From Armatimonadota bacterium (GTDB lineage Bacteria > Armatimonadota > UBA5829 > DTLH01), in the NCBI GenBank assembly GCA_039680575.1, contig JBDKSP010000020.1, positions 9,238-73,237 of the forward strand: a stretch of DNA of 64,000 bases. Reading direction: 5' to 3'. Shown piece by piece: positions 58,848 through 64,000 of this stretch; position 1 is the first letter of the stretch, and every line of letters begins with the position of its first letter. The translations under genes were made by a program, and so were the position numbers. Below the pieces are notes generated by a model. The model had not been told where the DNA came from, ran no database searches, and saw only the letters and a list, made by a program, of their open reading frames with translations.

Positions 58848-58982
58848 CTCCCCGTGGTCCAGTGGGTCCACGGGTAGATGGCCGCCACGGAGGGACGGCC
58901 ACTACAATGATTGTATGATTGACGTTGTTGTTTTCATATGCTTCGGGATTCTTTTCTTCCCGAAGCACGAATTTCCACCAAT
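58848..58982. repeat. Repeat cluster: palindrome E, a GTAG-type REP-like hairpin and an uninterrupted family B copy
   Basis: E 58848-58875; ggccgccacggagggacggccactaca 58880-58906; B 58934-58970. Confidence 0.75.
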
Positions 58983-59107
58983 TCACACCTAAATTCTTAA
59001 TCCTATATCCTCGATCCCTATAATCAAAAAACCTGGTATTTAGCATCCTGAAGTTTATGTGTCCTCCTGCCGAGAATGTTTAATGACATTTCCGCAGGAG
59101 GGTCTTG

Positions 59108-59722
59108 ATGAGAAATATTCTGCTCCTAGCTGCAATTCTTGTTGTGTGTACAGTCGCGGCGCATGCACAAAACCCGAATTGTGCCTTGACATCCGGCTTA
59201 ACTTCGGTTGCAAGCGAACTGAACGGCAACACATTCACCTGGACGATTATGAATAACACCGGCCTGAATGACGGAAACACTGACTGGGATGTGCTGGTGT
59301 GGGAGGTGCAGCCTGTCGGCTTGCCCGACCCAATACAGGTAACAGCGCCGAGCGGCTGGATATGGACTACAAACGGGCACAGCAAGTTCCAGATTAAGGA
59401 CCAGAATAGAAAATACAAATCGACAGCGGCGATTACGCCTGGAAACTCACTGAAATTTCAGTATACTGTCGATTCAACCGAGTTGAGCAACATAGACCTG
59501 TCCAGTATATCTTTTCTGACGCACGTTGCGGCAGTAGAACCAACGCCGACCGCTAAAGTAGGCAAACTGGAATGGGCGCCGACTACTGTTGATGGCAATC
59601 CATCCTGGCACGACCAGGCAAGCACTCCCGAACCTGAAGCGATTTTACCGTTTTTCCTAGCCTGTAGTGCTGTCGCAAGCATCATAAAATCAGGCCGCCG
59701 CAGACGCTTGCCTGATCGATAA
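59108..59722 (+). CDS. Exported protein with PEP-CTERM-like sorting signal
   Basis: Signal peptide; C-terminal TPEP, hydrophobic helix and RRRR. Confidence 0.72.
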   Translation: MRNILLLAAILVVCTVAAHAQNPNCALTSGLTSVASELNGNTFTWTIMNNTGLNDGNTDWDVLVWEVQPVGLPDPIQVTAPSGWIWTTNGHSKFQIKDQNRKYKSTAAITPGNSLKFQYTVDSTELSNIDLSSISFLTHVAAVEPTPTAKVGKLEWAPTTVDGNPSWHDQASTPEPEAILPFFLACSAVASIIKSGRRRRLPDR

Positions 59723-59770
59723 CCTCGTGCTATACTTCACCTGCTTCATACTCTAGCAGGCAGGCGCGGC

Positions 59771-60244
59771 ATGGCTATTATCTACACCATCGGGCACAGC
59801 AACGTCCCGGTACAGAAGTTGATCGATCTTCTGACGGCTCACGGCATCGAAGTAGTTGTCGATGTTCGGAGCGAACCTTACAGTAAGTACGCCTCGCAGT
59901 TCAACAAACGTGAGATCGAACCTGAGCTTCGTAAAAACGGGTTCGATTATATATACCTCGGTAATAAGCTCGGCGGAAAGCCTAAAAGCTTCGGATATTT
60001 GACTCCAGGCGGCGTCCCCGATTACGAAAAAATGGCCGAATCACCTCTCTTTAAGGCCGGTATCGAAGAAGTAGAACAGCTTGCCAGAGAGAAAAAGATC
60101 TCCCTGATGTGTTCAGAGGCCGATCCGAAATCCTGCCACCGCGACAGGCTTCTGGCATGGGTTTTGAGAGGCCGTAAGCATACTGTAAGCCATATATTGC
60201 ACGATGGGTCTATCGCCACCGATGAACAGGGAGTGCTCCTGTAA
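59771..60244 (+). CDS. DUF488 family protein
   Basis: IYTIGHS, VDVRS, LMCSEADPKSCHR. Confidence 0.9.
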   Translation: MAIIYTIGHSNVPVQKLIDLLTAHGIEVVVDVRSEPYSKYASQFNKREIEPELRKNGFDYIYLGNKLGGKPKSFGYLTPGGVPDYEKMAESPLFKAGIEEVEQLAREKKISLMCSEADPKSCHRDRLLAWVLRGRKHTVSHILHDGSIATDEQGVLL

Positions 60245-60257
60245 TGGGACTGGAGCT

Positions 60258-62948
60258 ATGAGTCTTATCATCTCTGAAGACAGGTTTATGCAGCTTCCGC
60301 CAAGGCTGCGGATGCGGATTCTCAATTTCTTTCTTCGCTGGCGGCGTTATGATGAAGCGCTTCCGCTTGCATCAAGGCTTGCAGAGGAACAGGCGGACGG
60401 GCTGCTCTATCGTTCAGCGCTTGTTAAGGTCCTCGCGGGGCTCGGCAGGCTGGAAGATGCCGAGTCAGTCACATCTGACCTCATCGATAAGTATCCGCAC
60501 CGCCCGAACGCGCTTGCAGCGGCAGGTGACCTCGAAATGGCTAAAGGTGACCTTCCGGCATCTCTTAAATACTACCTCGAAATTCTGAAGACAAACGAAA
60601 AGAGCCCGAAAGCCTGGAGACGGCTCGGAATCCTGTATCTGGCTGCCGGACAACCTCAGAAGGCGCACATTTACTGCCGTAAAGTGCTCGACTTCTACAG
60701 TGAGAAGCAAAACGGTGACAAAGACGGACATCAAATTCCGCCTGATGTCCTGCGTACACTCGCACAGGTCCATCGCCAGAAGGGTGATGATGCCCTGGCT
60801 GCGGAGATAGAATCAAAATTGGCTCTCCGCGAGAAGGATGAAGAGGAAAAACTAAGGCTGGAGATCGAAACCGCGCCAAGTTTCACTCCGAAAGATGTGA
60901 AATCAGCAAATGGCCAGAAGTTATCGGCTCCAAAACTGCCTATTACTCCTGAAATTACACACGAGATTACTGAACCAAGGCAGGAAAGGCCGGTTCCTCC
61001 GAAACCACCGCTTCCCGATAGTGTTCTTGGCTGCCTGAAGGCCATATTCGGACACGACCAGTTCCGTTCCGGTCAGGAGGAAGTCATCGCCCGGATGCTC
61101 TCCGGCCAGGATATACTCGCTGTTATGCCGACGGGCGCTGGGAAATCGCTCTGCTACCAGCTTCCGGCTGCTTTGGGGAAAAAGGTGGTCGTTATCTCCC
61201 CGCTGATAGCGCTTATGAAGGACCAGATCGACGGGTTGCCGCCTGAACTGGCTGCCTGTGCAGCATTTGTCGACAGCTCGCTTGAAAACCATGAGATCAA
61301 GCGGCGGCTGGCCGAGATAGAGAGAGGCCGCTGCAACCTCATATATGCCGCGCCGGAAAGACTCAGACAACTGCCTTTTCTTCATGCCTTGAAGAAGTGC
61401 GGCATCGACATTCTGGTGGTTGATGAGGTCCACTGCATCAGTATATGGGGGCATGACTTCAGGCCGGACTACCTGTTCATCTCGCAGGCGCTCGGAATGA
61501 TAGGAAACCCGTCATTTTGCGGGATGACGGCGACCGCAGGTCCCGATATGAGGACCGAGATCGAGATGAGAATCTGCAAACCTCTGGTTACGGTGAATGT
61601 GGGCGTCCATCGTCCCAATTTAACGTTCGAAGTCAAAAAGGCATCGAATACCGGAGATAAGCTGAGGATGCTGGCCAGATTTTGCCAGGATGAAAAGGGC
61701 AGCGGTATCATTTACACCAACTCTAGAAGAAAAACGGAAGAGATAGCAGCTTACCTGCGTGATGCGGGAGTGCAAGCTGGATACTATCACGCCGGGATGG
61801 GCAAAGAGGAGCGCGCATCCGCGCAGGACTCATTTATGTGCGGATGCTACCGTGTGATGGCGGCGACGATTGCGTTCGGCATGGGCATCGACAAGCGTGA
61901 TGTCCGGTTTGTGGTGCATTTTTCACTTCCGAAATCGTTGGAAAACTACTATCAGGAAGCCGGCCGGGCAGGCAGGGATGGACTGTCCGCAAGATGTATT
62001 TTACTCTATTCGCCCGGCGACAAAGGACGGCTGACGACCTGGATGAAAGAGTCGCTTGTAAGGATGGAGGACCTGAAAGCCGTCTATGAATCGATAAAAC
62101 TCCTTTCACCAGGTGGTGTAGGGTTGATACATGACGACGACCTGCAGCGGGAATCGGGGCTCGATGAGACGACTGTGCGTGTCGCGGTAAGCCTCCTGGA
62201 GCGTACGGGACTCATCAAACGACATATGGATGTCCCCGTTACGGTCACGGTCAGTATTAAGTCTATCGAGAAAGCGCCTGAAGAATTCATTGCCTTTGTG
62301 AAATCCGCAAGGCTTAGGGTAGGGCAGAGGATGCCGCTCGATATACGGGAGCTTTCGAAGCGGACAGGAATGCTGGTTTATGAGATCGAACAGGCTCTTC
62401 TTGAATGGCGTGGTAAGGGGTGGCTTGCCTATAGCAGTTCCGGGCGGACGATGTGTATAGAACGCTGCAGGGTGGGGCCTGGCGCGCGGAAGCTGATGGA
62501 TGAGATGATCGAGGGTTCCATCGATACCGCGAGGGAGAAGATCGGGCGGCTGATGGCGTATGCAAAACACACCGGGTGCAGGCATGATTTCATTTCGCGG
62601 CATTTTGGGGATGAGCCTGTGATCGGATGCTGTTCGTGTGACAACTGTCTTCAGGCAACCTCGAAAGAGTACCTGACGGGCGATCACCTGCTGATATTAG
62701 AGGCAGTGATGGACCTTCCTGTGTTATTGAACAAGAAAGGGCTCCTAAACGCGCTCGAAGGGGCTGAGAGTTGCCCGATTCAGCCTCATGAATGGCCGCG
62801 GTTCGGCGTATTCAAGGATAAAAACCGAGATACAATCGAGCGAATGATAAACGAACTCACGGATTGGGGCTATCTGGAACGCGGCGGGACATTCATCCGC
62901 CCGTATTTAGCCATCACTCTTTCAGGCCGGAAATTAGTGGTCTCGTAA
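60258..62948 (+). CDS. RecQ family DNA helicase with N-terminal TPR region
   Basis: PTGAGKSLCYQ, DEVHC, WGHDFRP, ATIAFGMG, QEAGRAGRDG, zinc motif CSCDNC; TPR-like N-terminus. Confidence 0.9.
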   Translation: MSLIISEDRFMQLPPRLRMRILNFFLRWRRYDEALPLASRLAEEQADGLLYRSALVKVLAGLGRLEDAESVTSDLIDKYPHRPNALAAAGDLEMAKGDLPASLKYYLEILKTNEKSPKAWRRLGILYLAAGQPQKAHIYCRKVLDFYSEKQNGDKDGHQIPPDVLRTLAQVHRQKGDDALAAEIESKLALREKDEEEKLRLEIETAPSFTPKDVKSANGQKLSAPKLPITPEITHEITEPRQERPVPPKPPLPDSVLGCLKAIFGHDQFRSGQEEVIARMLSGQDILAVMPTGAGKSLCYQLPAALGKKVVVISPLIALMKDQIDGLPPELAACAAFVDSSLENHEIKRRLAEIERGRCNLIYAAPERLRQLPFLHALKKCGIDILVVDEVHCISIWGHDFRPDYLFISQALGMIGNPSFCGMTATAGPDMRTEIEMRICKPLVTVNVGVHRPNLTFEVKKASNTGDKLRMLARFCQDEKGSGIIYTNSRRKTEEIAAYLRDAGVQAGYYHAGMGKEERASAQDSFMCGCYRVMAATIAFGMGIDKRDVRFVVHFSLPKSLENYYQEAGRAGRDGLSARCILLYSPGDKGRLTTWMKESLVRMEDLKAVYESIKLLSPGGVGLIHDDDLQRESGLDETTVRVAVSLLERTGLIKRHMDVPVTVTVSIKSIEKAPEEFIAFVKSARLRVGQRMPLDIRELSKRTGMLVYEIEQALLEWRGKGWLAYSSSGRTMCIERCRVGPGARKLMDEMIEGSIDTAREKIGRLMAYAKHTGCRHDFISRHFGDEPVIGCCSCDNCLQATSKEYLTGDHLLILEAVMDLPVLLNKKGLLNALEGAESCPIQPHEWPRFGVFKDKNRDTIERMINELTDWGYLERGGTFIRPYLAITLSGRKLVVS

Positions 62949-63812
62949 AGCCATAATTGCAGCCATCCGGCCTGTGGGACCGTCGCGGCGGTAGCTGAAG
63001 AAATCCTCTGCTTCGCATGCAGTGCAGAGTTCGGAGACGGCAATATTAGCTTCAGGAATGCCGGATTTTCTTAAAATAAACCAGTTTGCGAGCTTGAGAT
63101 CGAGTCTCATCTTGTCCTGACATGCTCTTGCGATTATTCTGTCATCTCCGGCAGCAGTGAAAACAGCTTCAGCTGCATCGGTAGACACATCATAGCAGCA
63201 CCGCCCGATGGATGGACCGATTGCCGCAAGACATCCGCTCGGATCTGTCCCGAATTCCCGCTGCATAGCTTCAACAGTCTTCAATGCAATAGATAACGCA
63301 GTCCCTTTCCAGCCGGCATGCGCAAGCCCAATGGCTTTTCTTGCGGGATCAAGGATGAACACAGGGACGCAATCAGCGAAAAAGAGTGAGAGTGTCGTAC
63401 CCGGCACATTCGTGATAAGAGCGTCGGTATTTGGGATGGAATCTTCGAATGTGACCGCGCCGCTGCCTGTATCTTCGGCTTTGACGACCGCAACTTCTGA
63501 GCCGTGGACCTGCTCGGCGCAGACAATAGCCGATGGATCTATGTTGAGCGATGCAGAGAGCCTTCGACGGTTTTCGAGAACGGATGCGGGATCATCGCCT
63601 ACATGAAGCGCCATATTGAGCGAATTTCTCGACGAAGCGCTGACCCCACCGTGCCGTGTGGTGAAACAGTGGGTGACAAGCTCCGTCTGCTCTATATTCC
63701 ATGCTTTATGAACGAAAATATCTCCGCTGATCGATTTATGCCAACTTCTGATGTCCAATTCCAACTCCTGAAGACAATACAAATCCCGTCGATTGTGATA
63801 GCTTACTCTCAT
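62934..63812 (-). CDS. pgeF: Peptidoglycan editing factor / purine nucleoside phosphorylase (YfiH laccase-domain); start uncertain
   Basis: FTTRHGG, QVHG, ADCVP, HAGWKG, GPSIG, FFSYRR. Confidence 0.92.
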   Translation of the reverse strand: MRVSYHNRRDLYCLQELELDIRSWHKSISGDIFVHKAWNIEQTELVTHCFTTRHGGVSASSRNSLNMALHVGDDPASVLENRRRLSASLNIDPSAIVCAEQVHGSEVAVVKAEDTGSGAVTFEDSIPNTDALITNVPGTTLSLFFADCVPVFILDPARKAIGLAHAGWKGTALSIALKTVEAMQREFGTDPSGCLAAIGPSIGRCCYDVSTDAAEAVFTAAGDDRIIARACQDKMRLDLKLANWFILRKSGIPEANIAVSELCTACEAEDFFSYRRDGPTGRMAAIMALRDH

Positions 63813-63832
63813 TGTAGCACATCATGGAGTAT

Positions 63833-63991
63833 GCAAGAGTTCAGAATTGATGAGTATAGCATCATGCTGAATTATCACAACGTCATGATGAGCTTGACTC
63901 AGCATCCAGGAAGAAAATGGACCCTGAATCTATGGATTATCGGCTATAGCCGATAATCTTCCGGGAGAGTTTCAGGTAATACCTGAAACTC
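63833..63991 (+). repeat. Family A repeat copy 5 joined to a complete family D element
   Basis: Matches 3568-3710, then gagagttcagg-taata-cctgaaactc. Confidence 0.9.
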
Positions 63992-64000
63992 CTTAGTTCA

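Overview
Bacterial chromosomal window of about 52% GC (estimated by eye). Gene content suggests an anaerobe or facultative anaerobe, possibly Armatimonadota, which is an unverified guess. Ordinary content: M16 peptidase, lytic transglycosylase, tRNA-Ser(GCT), a pterin/folate cluster, MATE, a sulfatase cluster (anSME, two arylsulfatases, SulP), CIRCE-groESL, mgtA, ispE, two-subunit fumarase, sdhCDAB, TPR-RecQ and pgeF. Two loci stand out. (1) A selenium locus at 35.7-48.3 kb. Two ORFs that the ORF track truncates at TGA read through to give candidate selenoproteins (C-terminal C-P-T-U-L; internal U-G-G-T-C), each with a SECIS-like hairpin. They flank a membrane 4Fe-4S protein and lie upstream of selA, a three-domain selD, selB, a methyltransferase, three 2-hydroxyacyl-CoA-dehydratase/double-cubane-type Fe-S proteins and an ATP-dependent activator. 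(2) An IS110 element at 52207-53368, inserted at a duplicated CT core into a REP-like palindrome. Its left end carries a bridge-RNA-like sequence whose guides match the target repeat, its ends would form a sigma70 promoter on circularisation, and its recombinase has a premature TAG. Intergenic DNA holds several families of short palindromic repeats, some nested in each other. All calls are by inspection; no searches were run.
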